A DNA stretch of 64,000 nucleotides from an uncultured Nitrospirales bacterium (lineage in GTDB: Bacteria > Hydrogenedentota > Hydrogenedentia > Hydrogenedentales > SCBR16-9), in the NCBI GenBank assembly GCA_964537975.1, contig CAZIDP010000002.1:141529-205528 (forward strand). Direction: 5' to 3'. The notes under the pieces were generated by a model. That model worked only from the letters and a program-made list of their open reading frames with translations, ran no database searches and was not told where the DNA came from. A program made the translations under genes and the position numbers. Below, piece by piece: positions 9,842-19,327 of the stretch. Positions within the stretch are counted from its first letter, which is position 1. The number at the start of each line of letters is the position of its first letter.

Positions 9842-11155
9842 ATGAGAAATGAGGTGATTTCACGTCGCCGATTTCTGGGCCTGACTGGTGCGGGAGCTAT
9901 TGGTTTGGGGGCAACCGCTTTAATAAAGGCCAAAGAAACGCATGCGGTTTCGCATGTAGGCGCCAATGACAAAATACATCTGGGGTTTGTCGGCCTGGGA
10001 GGTATGGGCCGCTCCCATATGGATCGTCTTGTAAACCACAAAGATGTAGTCATTGTAGCGGGGACAGACCCCGATGCGCAACGAAGACGTGCTGCAAAAA
10101 ATTTTGCGGCAAGTCAAGGCAAAGAAATCAGCACCTACATTGATTATCGGGAAATGCTGGAAAGCCACCCGGAAATCGATGCTGTATTTGTTGCCACCCC
10201 GGACCATTGGCATGCCCTGGCAAGCATTGATTCCATTCGGGCCGGCAAAGATGTGTATTGCGAGAAACCGCTCGCGCTAACCATTGACGAAGGAAAAAAG
10301 ATGGTAGCAGCAGCACGCCGGTTTGGGCGTATTGTTCAAATGGGCACGCAGCAACGAGGGGACCAGGGACACTTTTGCCATGCTTGTGAATTGGTGCGCA
10401 ATGGCAGGATTGGTGAATTGGAACGCGTAGTATGTTATTTTGGAGCAAACCCACATCATGGATTCGTTGCAAATGAGGAACCTCCACCGTATCTCGATTG
10501 GGAATATTACTTGGGACCTGCACCGTTTCGACCATACAATCGGTTGATTCACCCCTATAATTTTCGCTTCTTCCGAGATTTCTCCGGAGGACTTTTGACG
10601 GACTGGGGGGTACATTTGTTCGATATCGCACAGTGGGGAGCAGCCAAAGACTTTACGAGCCCAAAACGCATTGAAGCTGAGTACAAGATGTATCGTGACA
10701 ACATGTATGATTTTCCTGCAACATCATTGATACACTATGATTATGGAGACGTCAAGCTGGAATGGCATCAGGGCACCGATATCCAGTTTGAAGCAGGACA
10801 AGATTACGGCACAAAGTTTTACGGCACAGAGGGCGAGGTGTTTGTGAATCGTGGTGGATACACAGCCCGAAACAAATTGGGCAACCCGATTAATGAAGTA
10901 TTGGGTGTCAATGATGAACGGCTGTACCATACCAATTCACACCATCAGAATTTTTTTGATTCCGTAAGAAATCGAACACTACCCATTTGTGATATTGCGA
11001 CAGGGCATCGTGCTACTGCAATTTCACATTTGGGCAACATTGCAACCTGGTTGGGTCGGCCAGTTGATTACGACCCGGTAAATGAATTTTTCCCCGGTAA
11101 CACAGCAGCTAACATGATGATGACAAAACCATATCGTGCCCCTTGGCACATGTAG
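9842..11155 (+). CDS. Gfo/Idh/MocA family oxidoreductase with twin-arginine (Tat) signal
   Basis: SRRRFLGLTGAGAIGLGATA Tat motif; GxGxxG Rossmann region (LGFVGLGGMG) and the conserved EKP motif. Confidence 0.8.
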   Translation: MRNEVISRRRFLGLTGAGAIGLGATALIKAKETHAVSHVGANDKIHLGFVGLGGMGRSHMDRLVNHKDVVIVAGTDPDAQRRRAAKNFAASQGKEISTYIDYREMLESHPEIDAVFVATPDHWHALASIDSIRAGKDVYCEKPLALTIDEGKKMVAAARRFGRIVQMGTQQRGDQGHFCHACELVRNGRIGELERVVCYFGANPHHGFVANEEPPPYLDWEYYLGPAPFRPYNRLIHPYNFRFFRDFSGGLLTDWGVHLFDIAQWGAAKDFTSPKRIEAEYKMYRDNMYDFPATSLIHYDYGDVKLEWHQGTDIQFEAGQDYGTKFYGTEGEVFVNRGGYTARNKLGNPINEVLGVNDERLYHTNSHHQNFFDSVRNRTLPICDIATGHRATAISHLGNIATWLGRPVDYDPVNEFFPGNTAANMMMTKPYRAPWHM

Positions 11156-11174
11156 TTAGGAGGTACTTAAGAAC

Positions 11175-13334
11175 ATGCATATGAAACAGTATAAAATTCG
11201 GGCTTTTTTTGTGACAATGCTTACAGTAGCACTTGTCTTTGTATTAACGGTGCCTGTTAAGGCGCAAGAAATAGAGGTGATTGACTTTGACGCAATGTTA
11301 TCCGGGCCATTACGGATTAGTATTGACAGCAAATATGGACTGGCAGATGCATTGGCAAGCCCCCTGGCAGAAATTCGCGAAATGGCCTATAACAAAGCAG
11401 GTGATTTCGGACCAGATGCCATAACAGTGGTGGCACCTTTGCTTGACAACGATAACCCAGAGGTCGTTCGTGCAGCTAAAATTGCACTGGAAAAAATAGC
11501 AGGCGCAGCAACAGAAACCGCTGAAACACGAACTGAAGCGAGCAGGGCATTGGCCTATGCGACAACAATTGTAGACAACAGAAATGAATTATTGCGATTG
11601 TTGGCCAACACAGGAACTCATGAAGCACTCGAAATTTTGTGGCGGATTTCTCAGACACGAGAAGACTCCTATGATGCAGCTTTAATGGCTATTGAAAACA
11701 TTGCTGCGCGATCTGAACCAGGTGTATTGATGGGACTGTCATTGGGCATGATCTCTTCTTTCCGTACAGAGCAGGGCCCCAAACGTATTGCGATGATCAA
11801 TGCTATGGGCACCATTGGCTTAGATGATTTTGTGCCCCACTTGATATGGGAAGTTCAAAACGGTCCTGCAAAAGAAAGAGCCATCGAAGCTTTGGGAAAC
11901 ATTGGCCATACCGCTGCGCTTGATGTTGTGCGTGCCTATTATGTTGAGCATCTGGACAATATCGCCCTGGAAGCAATGCTGAAAATTGCTGAAGGACTTG
12001 ATGCAGAATCTGCCAGGGAATTTTATAATTCATTACTGGCATCAGACAAAGGTACACATGCCAGGGTCGCCGCTATCAGTGGCATTTCCAATGTAGCAAC
12101 AGTAGAGACTTTACCGATGCTAATCGCACTGCTGGGTGATGAAAACATTGATATTCGCGGTGCGGCACATTGTGCCCTTGTTAACCTTGAAGGCGATCAA
12201 TACACAACGCGTCTGGTTATCGCTGCATTACAGGCTGAAGCGGATAACAAATCAGCTTTGTTGAACGTGCTTTATGCACGTGATGCCGAGACTGGCCGCG
12301 TTGCAGCAGAAGCAGCTTTGAATGATGAATCACCTTCGGTACGTATTACAGCATTAACGCTTCTGGGCGAAGAACCATCTGTTGAACACGAACAAACTTT
12401 CCTCGATGCATCACGCCGCGGCACGCCTGAATCACGAAAAATTGCTTTACAGGGATACCTGAGCTTGGCAGAACGCGAATTGGCAGATAATAATACCGCC
12501 AAAGCACTAACCATGTTTCACCGTAGCCTCAGTCTGGCCCTGGAAGATGAAGAAAGAATTCGCGCATTGAATGGACTGACAGAAATTGGCAGTCCGGACA
12601 CTTTAAATTATCTTGAAGGAATGCAGCACCGGCAAACCATCCACATGCCTATGGCCCGATGTGCTATAGCAATTGCCAAGAACCTGCATGAATCCGATCC
12701 GGTTCTGGCACGTGAAATCTATGAACATATTTATGAAGTGGGTCTGAAAGACCGTGCTGTTGAAGACATGTCCGAAGAAGAACGACAAATCTTTAATTCG
12801 TTACAAAAGGGCATGCGCAGTCTGGGTATCGAAGTGAATTTTGCCCAAAACGCGGGAATAATCACCAATTGGCAATTTATAGGCCCATTCCCCCTTGACT
12901 CCTTTGAGAAAGCATATCCTCCGGAGATAGAAACGTTTGACGAAAATGCATCCTACGCTGGAGCAAATGATCAGCAAGTTGCCTGGCATAGAATTCAAAT
13001 GGACGATGTCTTTGGTGTCGTTGAACTTCACAAAGTGCTCAGCCCAAACCAAAATGTCAAGGCATATGCCAGGGCGGTAGTGCGTGTTGAAGATGATACC
13101 CAATGTTATGTCAAAATCGGTAGTGACGATGGCATTAAAGCATGGGTTAATCGTCAGTTGGTTCACGAAAATGATGTACAGAGGGGGTTGACCCTGGATC
13201 AGGATGTAAAACCTGCCATATTGAAAGCGGGTGAAAATGAAATCCTGCTAAAAATCACACAAGCAGCAGGGGAATGGCAGTACGTCGTACGGCTGACAGA
13301 CCGTCAAAATGCGCCTCTGACATTTAATTATTAA
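11175..13334 (+). CDS. secreted HEAT/PBS-lyase-repeat protein with C-terminal beta-sandwich (PA14/GH2 sugar-binding-like) domain
   Basis: Signal peptide. Multiple HEAT-like repeats (e.g. VRAAKIALEKI, RAIEALGNIG). C-terminus GSDDGIKAWVNRQLVH resembles PA14/galactose-binding-like folds. Confidence 0.6.
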   Translation: MHMKQYKIRAFFVTMLTVALVFVLTVPVKAQEIEVIDFDAMLSGPLRISIDSKYGLADALASPLAEIREMAYNKAGDFGPDAITVVAPLLDNDNPEVVRAAKIALEKIAGAATETAETRTEASRALAYATTIVDNRNELLRLLANTGTHEALEILWRISQTREDSYDAALMAIENIAARSEPGVLMGLSLGMISSFRTEQGPKRIAMINAMGTIGLDDFVPHLIWEVQNGPAKERAIEALGNIGHTAALDVVRAYYVEHLDNIALEAMLKIAEGLDAESAREFYNSLLASDKGTHARVAAISGISNVATVETLPMLIALLGDENIDIRGAAHCALVNLEGDQYTTRLVIAALQAEADNKSALLNVLYARDAETGRVAAEAALNDESPSVRITALTLLGEEPSVEHEQTFLDASRRGTPESRKIALQGYLSLAERELADNNTAKALTMFHRSLSLALEDEERIRALNGLTEIGSPDTLNYLEGMQHRQTIHMPMARCAIAIAKNLHESDPVLAREIYEHIYEVGLKDRAVEDMSEEERQIFNSLQKGMRSLGIEVNFAQNAGIITNWQFIGPFPLDSFEKAYPPEIETFDENASYAGANDQQVAWHRIQMDDVFGVVELHKVLSPNQNVKAYARAVVRVEDDTQCYVKIGSDDGIKAWVNRQLVHENDVQRGLTLDQDVKPAILKAGENEILLKITQAAGEWQYVVRLTDRQNAPLTFNY

Positions 13335-13365
13335 TCGATATTTATACTTGTCCACTTCTTTTTCT

Positions 13366-13400
13366 GAAGCCGCCTCATTCTTTTGAATCAGGCGGCTTCT
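13366..13400. terminator. 10-bp perfect stem-loop downstream of HEAT gene (possible terminator, weak U-tract)
   Basis: gaagccgcct / aggcggcttc inverted repeat with a 15-nt loop. Confidence 0.35.
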
Positions 13401-13543
13401 TCCACATTGACAACCTGAAAAACAGAACAAATTAGCGTCAATGAATAAATCTGGACACACCAACCATATAAACGATAAAATCATGTGTTATTGACTATTC
13501 CTCAATGACGCTTTATAAAATAAAAATCTCACAAAAAGAGTAT

Positions 13544-16500
13544 ATGAAACAATTCAAACATATATTTGCCTTGTCGGCATTTCTCCCATTGCTGCTGATT
13601 CTGCCCATTCTGAATACACATAATCTTGCTGTAGCTGAACCTGTCAACATCTGGGCTGAGGCGACATTTTATCGGGATACGTGGGGGGTACCTCATGTAC
13701 TTGCTGAAAACCCTCGTGCGCTTGCATTTGCTTTTGGCTATGCACAGGCTGATGATCATCTGGAAACCATGCTGCTTGCTTACCGGACTGCCAATGGTTC
13801 AGTAGCAACGATTTTAGGTGAATCCTATGCTGAGTCTGACGCTTTTTCACTCAAGATGGGACATGCACAGCTGGCTCGTGAAGCTTTATCAAATACTGAT
13901 TCGATTACACGCGCTTTGTGCGAAGGTTTTGCGATGGGCGTAAATGCCTGGATTATGGTCCATCCCAACCTGACTCCCGAATGGGCGGAAGGTGTACATC
14001 CCGCTGACATTTTAGCGCTGTGGCATGCATTTATCATGAGCCAGACACCTTTTGATCTTCCTGACAAATATCGAAGACCTCGTGCTATGGAAACGGGAAA
14101 TGCCTGGGCTCTGGCACCAGACCGTACTCGCGAAGGTAAGACCTTGTTGGTAATCAACCCCCATCAATACCACACAGGGCCGTTTCAATGGTACGAAGCA
14201 CATCTTGTTTTAGGAAACATCAACATTTATGGAGCAACTTTGAAGGGATTGCCGGTGATACTCCAGGGACATAATGAGCAACTCGGTTGGGCTTTAACTC
14301 CCAATTTCCCGGACACCGGTGACATGTTTCAAGAACATTTTCAGTCTGTAACCCGTAACCCACGTGATCCACGGCGTTCTGTAGAATTGTTGCCCATGGA
14401 ACAAGCACTGGCACTGCATTATATGTCGCAAGCACAACCCTATTATGTAAGGACAGCATCTGGGCTGGAAGAGCGCTTAACACCTGCATATATCGGGCCT
14501 CGTGGCCCTATTTTTGAAGGGCGAAGTGGCGATCTCTATTCATGGCGTATCGGTGGTTATTATGACTTCGGTGGCCTGCGTCAACTGTTCGAGATGGGCC
14601 GTGCCCAGGATTTGGCTTCTTTTCAACAAGCATTGGGATTAGGTCAAATTCCGTCATTTCATGTTGTTTACGCTGATAAAGCAGGCAATCTGTTTTACCT
14701 CTACAACGCAAAAACCGGAATACGTATGCCGCATCTGGCCAGTGACACGGGAGACCTGGACCCGGATTTTCCACCTGCGCTGCGGCAAGCATATCAACAA
14801 GGAGTTAATTGGCGCGAACCATTACCGGCACACTTTGAGACGGTAGCTTGGGGTCAATATATTCCCATTTCAATGCTGCCACGTGTAGAGAACCCGGCAA
14901 GTGGCTATATACAAGCTACCGGCAACATGCCCTGGTCGGTTACGGATGACACGGGCATGGACCCAAGAGCCTGGCCTGGCTGGCTTATTGCCGACCAGGA
15001 AACTTATCGTGCACAACGCGTTCGACAACTTCTACGTCAGGGCCGTCGCTCCTTCACCGACATGCAAGCCATGCTTTATGACAAAGTGGTTCCAGCAGCT
15101 GTTGAAATGGTTCCAATGTTGTTAAGCATGACCGGGCAACGCTCCGATCTGCTGCGTGGAACACACCCCGACCTGCCTACCGGGCTGGATTTGTTGCGAG
15201 ATTGGGACCGCAGTGCCTCCATTCAATCGACCGGAATGACATTTTATCATGTCTGGTGGGCCATGTTACGAGCACGTGCAGGACAGCAGTTTCCAAACGA
15301 TTCAACCCTCTATCATGCATTGTTACAAAATTCCGAAACAGCACAAGAATATGCCATTCGGGCAGCAGACGATGCCGCACGTATGATGCGTAATGATTTT
15401 CAAACCGTATCGATTCCTTGGGGTGAAGTACACCGTATTCGACGTGGTGACAGAGAGGACGCGATACCAGGTGCTGGCACCGGAGACCCGATTTTTGTGG
15501 CCAGTGATTTCGCTATCGACAACAAACGTTGGCAGGCTACCTATGGTTATGGTATAGCGCTGGCAATTCAATTCGGCGACATGCCTGAAGCAGTAAGTGT
15601 TGTTCCTTTCGGCGCGTCCGACAGGCAGGACTCTCCCCATTATGATGATCAGTTGGAATTGATGCTGGATCAGCGTTTCAAACAAACACGTTACACACCA
15701 CAATCCGTTTGGCGATATGCATCTTATGCTATGGGCCGAAGAATTACATTGCAAGCCTTGGGAACAGAAGCCACGGTACACCTGTTCGCGCCACAACCAA
15801 TCCAGGCACGTTTACACACCCGACAACAGGCTCCTGAAGCGCTGCCTGAAAACATGGCAGCGTACTCATTATTTCTACGTCCAGAGCGTACGCCATCGCA
15901 AGTGCCGGTGGACATTGCTGTCGAATTCCAAGTTCCAGAAAGTGTTGTTGCGCGCGAATTTCTTCCCTTTTTGCGTGTTTATCGTCATACTGCGAGTCTG
16001 GGTTGGCAACCAATGCCCCAGCAAAACCTGGACCCTATTAATGGAATATTTAAAGCACAAGATGGAGCACCTGCCGTATATGCAGTACTCGGACCACCAG
16101 AGTACATGCAAGCACCATTACAAGAAATGATTGAACCAACGGTTCCATTACCTCCATTGTTGGCGACAATCATAGATTCGAGGGAACATGAAAGCGATGA
16201 AGTTCAGGGCTTGGCATTGCCTCCAGTGGAGTCTTTGCCGGTATACAACCCATTTCCACTGGAGCCACCTACGTTGGACTATACACCACCACTCATGCCC
16301 CGAGACCCTAACACACTTATTCTACCCTGGGGCGACATCAGCCCTGAAGATGTCCCGGTCGACACCTATACAGGAGGATATGCGGAAGTGGTTCATGAAA
16401 TGTCACCGCATAATGAACCGAATGAATTATTGGTTCCTGAACAACAGCAGGAACAACATCATGAATCATTTCTACAAAACCGCAATAATGCTCCTGCACC

Positions 16501-16630
16501 ATTCCCGCAACTGATTCAACCACCCACACCTGCAATAGAACCTGTGATAGAGAATGAAGTCAATCCGACTCAGGACACACAACATATTACCCCGGTCCAC
16601 CGAAATTTTGGCCCACGCCAACGTCGCTAA
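13544..16630 (+). CDS. penicillin acylase / AHL-acylase family Ntn-hydrolase (secreted), with ~280-aa Pro-rich C-terminal extension
   Basis: Signal peptide, then WGVPHVLAENPRALAFAFGYAQADDHLETM (the PvdQ/penicillin amidase family N-terminal signature). The Pro-rich tail starts after about residue 760. Confidence 0.8.
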   Translation: MKQFKHIFALSAFLPLLLILPILNTHNLAVAEPVNIWAEATFYRDTWGVPHVLAENPRALAFAFGYAQADDHLETMLLAYRTANGSVATILGESYAESDAFSLKMGHAQLAREALSNTDSITRALCEGFAMGVNAWIMVHPNLTPEWAEGVHPADILALWHAFIMSQTPFDLPDKYRRPRAMETGNAWALAPDRTREGKTLLVINPHQYHTGPFQWYEAHLVLGNINIYGATLKGLPVILQGHNEQLGWALTPNFPDTGDMFQEHFQSVTRNPRDPRRSVELLPMEQALALHYMSQAQPYYVRTASGLEERLTPAYIGPRGPIFEGRSGDLYSWRIGGYYDFGGLRQLFEMGRAQDLASFQQALGLGQIPSFHVVYADKAGNLFYLYNAKTGIRMPHLASDTGDLDPDFPPALRQAYQQGVNWREPLPAHFETVAWGQYIPISMLPRVENPASGYIQATGNMPWSVTDDTGMDPRAWPGWLIADQETYRAQRVRQLLRQGRRSFTDMQAMLYDKVVPAAVEMVPMLLSMTGQRSDLLRGTHPDLPTGLDLLRDWDRSASIQSTGMTFYHVWWAMLRARAGQQFPNDSTLYHALLQNSETAQEYAIRAADDAARMMRNDFQTVSIPWGEVHRIRRGDREDAIPGAGTGDPIFVASDFAIDNKRWQATYGYGIALAIQFGDMPEAVSVVPFGASDRQDSPHYDDQLELMLDQRFKQTRYTPQSVWRYASYAMGRRITLQALGTEATVHLFAPQPIQARLHTRQQAPEALPENMAAYSLFLRPERTPSQVPVDIAVEFQVPESVVAREFLPFLRVYRHTASLGWQPMPQQNLDPINGIFKAQDGAPAVYAVLGPPEYMQAPLQEMIEPTVPLPPLLATIIDSREHESDEVQGLALPPVESLPVYNPFPLEPPTLDYTPPLMPRDPNTLILPWGDISPEDVPVDTYTGGYAEVVHEMSPHNEPNELLVPEQQQEQHHESFLQNRNNAPAPFPQLIQPPTPAIEPVIENEVNPTQDTQHITPVHRNFGPRQRR

Positions 16631-16691
16631 TGTTGATTCAGGCGCAATCACTCAACCAATTGGCACTCAGTACGTTTTTTAACTGAAATAA

Positions 16692-17306
16692 TTACCGGGA
16701 ATTGTGATTGAGTTGGACATATCGGTCATTTTTAATGCCATATTTTTGTGCCAATGCTTCGAATTCACGTTGTTTGTGAGATGGTACATTTTCTGTTCGA
16801 TGCCCCATTTTCCTGGCTGGTGCACCCATCCAGATTTCCAGTGGGCCAATGTTACGTGTAACAATTGAATTGGTTCCAATAACTGCACCATCGCCAATGG
16901 TCACTCCCGGCATGATGATACACCCACTGCCTATAAAGCAGCTGTCACCAATGATGACAGGGGCAGTTTGCGTGGGTACTTCGAATGGTATAAGGTCATT
17001 GTTAAGAAAATTATGCATTGTATCGGTAATATAACTGTATTCAGCAACTGCCGTATAGTTTCCGAATTGAACCAGTTCACTTGCTTCTACCATTACACCC
17101 CAACTCAGACCAGAACGATTGCCGAATATTATTTTCCCATTTCCATGGGTGCGCATAGTTACATTGTTTCGCATTCGACAGAAATTGCCTATTTCCACAT
17201 GGCCTGATATATGCAGGTCACGTATGGGAAAGATACATTTTTTGCCCAGGCGTGCAAATTTTTTCCGATGTATATGGGTCAGGATATAACGTGTAATGCT
17301 GTTCAT
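16692..17306 (-). CDS. hexapeptide-repeat (left-handed beta-helix) acyl/acetyltransferase
   Basis: Repeated [LIV]GxxxxI hexapeptides (IGDGAVIGTNSIVTRNIG). Start ATG 17306 overlaps the upstream esterase stop by 4 nt (ATGA). Confidence 0.7.
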   Translation of the reverse strand: MNSITRYILTHIHRKKFARLGKKCIFPIRDLHISGHVEIGNFCRMRNNVTMRTHGNGKIIFGNRSGLSWGVMVEASELVQFGNYTAVAEYSYITDTMHNFLNNDLIPFEVPTQTAPVIIGDSCFIGSGCIIMPGVTIGDGAVIGTNSIVTRNIGPLEIWMGAPARKMGHRTENVPSHKQREFEALAQKYGIKNDRYVQLNHNSR

Positions 17307-18178
17307 GATTCTCCATATCGGGAATGACGAGATAAAAATTCCCAAATAATTTGTGACGCATCGAAATCAGAAGCCAGTCGACCAACGATAAATTGCGGAT
17401 AACGATTTCGTCCCCCCGGCCAGGTGTGTCCACAATCTGGTACCGCATACAGCAATGTTTCCCGGTCCGGTTCACACAAGTACCTGTACTGAATGGCAAC
17501 CTGATTGCCATCGTTACCGATGATAGTTGAAACTTCTGGTTCGCCGTTACAAGCATTTCTAGCTGCCCAGAATGTCGCTGTTGCTTCAGCAGACAAAAAG
17601 ACAACGCTACTTCCTGGCCCGGCATTGGTAAGTCCGCCTTCAAACGGTATGACAGGATCATCAATTCCATGCATATAGAGCACAGGAAGGCGTCCTGCAC
17701 ATCCTGATTCCATCTCAGAGCGCATCGGACCCATCACAGGTGCAATAGCCACAAATCGTTCCCTGCGACAAGCATAATATTGTATCATCATGGCACCGGC
17801 TGATGCCCCGGTAGCATAAATTCTGTCTGGATTTATCGGATACGTTGCAATCAAATGGTCCAGTAATTCATCAATAAATGCCAAATCATCTGTGTGGCCT
17901 CCCAGATCGCTGCTCCACATACGACGCTTACCCTGGGGGTATGCCACAATGAATCCTTCACGGACAGCAATATCATTGAACCCTGTCATACGCTCCATCC
18001 CACGGGCAGTATCAGAAAATTGATGGAATGCCAACAACAATGGTACATCGCCATGCTCTGGAAGGTTTTCAGGAATATACAATCGGTAGCCGCGGCTTTC
18101 ATCACCAACACGCAAGGTGTGTGTTGTTCCGGTACACCCTGAAACAAGAAATGCCAACAGTAGAAAGTAAACAGGCAT
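17303..18178 (-). CDS. esterase, PHB-depolymerase family alpha/beta hydrolase lipoprotein
   Basis: Lipobox LLAFLVSGC; nucleophile elbow ATGASAGAM (GxSxG); catalytic HGIDD/CGHTWPGG regions. Confidence 0.7.
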   Translation of the reverse strand: MPVYFLLLAFLVSGCTGTTHTLRVGDESRGYRLYIPENLPEHGDVPLLLAFHQFSDTARGMERMTGFNDIAVREGFIVAYPQGKRRMWSSDLGGHTDDLAFIDELLDHLIATYPINPDRIYATGASAGAMMIQYYACRRERFVAIAPVMGPMRSEMESGCAGRLPVLYMHGIDDPVIPFEGGLTNAGPGSSVVFLSAEATATFWAARNACNGEPEVSTIIGNDGNQVAIQYRYLCEPDRETLLYAVPDCGHTWPGGRNRYPQFIVGRLASDFDASQIIWEFLSRHSRYGES

Positions 18179-18434
18179 AGTGTCAGTGCGGGTGTTGGTT
18201 TTGGGATACATGTCTCAATTCCAGTGACGTATCATATTTGAATCAGATTGCGTAAGTATTGAAAGTCATAATGTGTATTATACCGAATGATCTGCTGCCA
18301 TATGCCAACCATATGAGATTACAATTGTAGAAACATGAGCTGATTACAAAAAAATCCCTGCTTCACAAACAGATAATGCGTTATCTTAACGGAAACAGGG
18401 AGTATTATGGAGTACAATTAATTGTCTATGTTGT

Positions 18435-19034
18435 TTATAAAGCTGCGGCACCTGCTTCAGCTACGGCATGGTCCTGCTCACCAGAACCACCACTGACACC
18501 GATGGCACCAACAACCTGGCCGTCACGTTCCAGGGGAATCCCACCTGCGAAAATCATGATTTTGCCATTGTTGGATGCGTGTATTCCAAAAAACTGATCT
18601 CCGGACTGGCTGTGCTCCGCCAAATCCTTGGTTGAAATGTCAAATGCCCGTGAAGTATATGCTTTCTTGATTGAGATATCGATGCTTCCAATCCAGGCAT
18701 CATCCATCCGAACATGGGCGACAAGGTTTCCGCCACTATCCGCCACAGCAATATTCATGGGTTGTCCAATTTCTTCTGCCTTGGCTTCAGCCGCCGCAAT
18801 TATACGTCGAGCATCTGCCAACGTTACACAGGTAGCAGCACCTCCTTCGCCTTCAGATGAGGCAGCTTTAACTTGAGAGGTATGTTTCTCCGTTTGCTTG
18901 TCCTGCTTTTCGGACTTCTCCGCCAGTACACTGGTTGTTGCCAAACCAGCAAAAATTAACAGTGCGGCTGCCATGACTACATTTTTTAAACTAAATAGGT
19001 GTCTTTTGTGTTTTTGCATAGCCTTACTATTCAT
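18435..19034 (-). CDS. GlcG/HbpS-like (DUF336) heme-binding protein, secreted
   Basis: Signal peptide. DARRIIAAAEAKAEEIGQPMNIAVADSGGNLVAHVRMDDA...GGIPL...GAIGVSGG is the DUF336 pattern. Confidence 0.7.
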   Translation of the reverse strand: MNSKAMQKHKRHLFSLKNVVMAAALLIFAGLATTSVLAEKSEKQDKQTEKHTSQVKAASSEGEGGAATCVTLADARRIIAAAEAKAEEIGQPMNIAVADSGGNLVAHVRMDDAWIGSIDISIKKAYTSRAFDISTKDLAEHSQSGDQFFGIHASNNGKIMIFAGGIPLERDGQVVGAIGVSGGSGEQDHAVAEAGAAAL

Positions 19035-19327
19035 ATTGTCTAATCCTTTTTGCTCAGTTATTTTCTACAATTTTCTATCAATTTAGAGCTGCTACGAACT
19101 CTTGGTGGCATTTTTGCCATATAGCTTACAATATAACTCATGATTGTAATGAATAGCAAAATTTCCTAACTAAAAATTGCTAAATTGGAACAGACTGTTA
19201 TTTTCGGGGTTGTTCAACCTATGATTATTGTCTTTTATGATAATCTTAGGTGCAACACAATCCATGTCCAATAATTTGACTTCTATCCAGCAATTAGCTG
19301 TTTTATAGGTCAGGAAAGGACTTCAAC

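Noticed and set aside
9811-10053. 80-aa minus ORF antisense to the start of the Tat-Gfo/Idh/MocA gene
   Set aside because: It lies opposite a strongly supported gene with no RBS and is a spurious frame.
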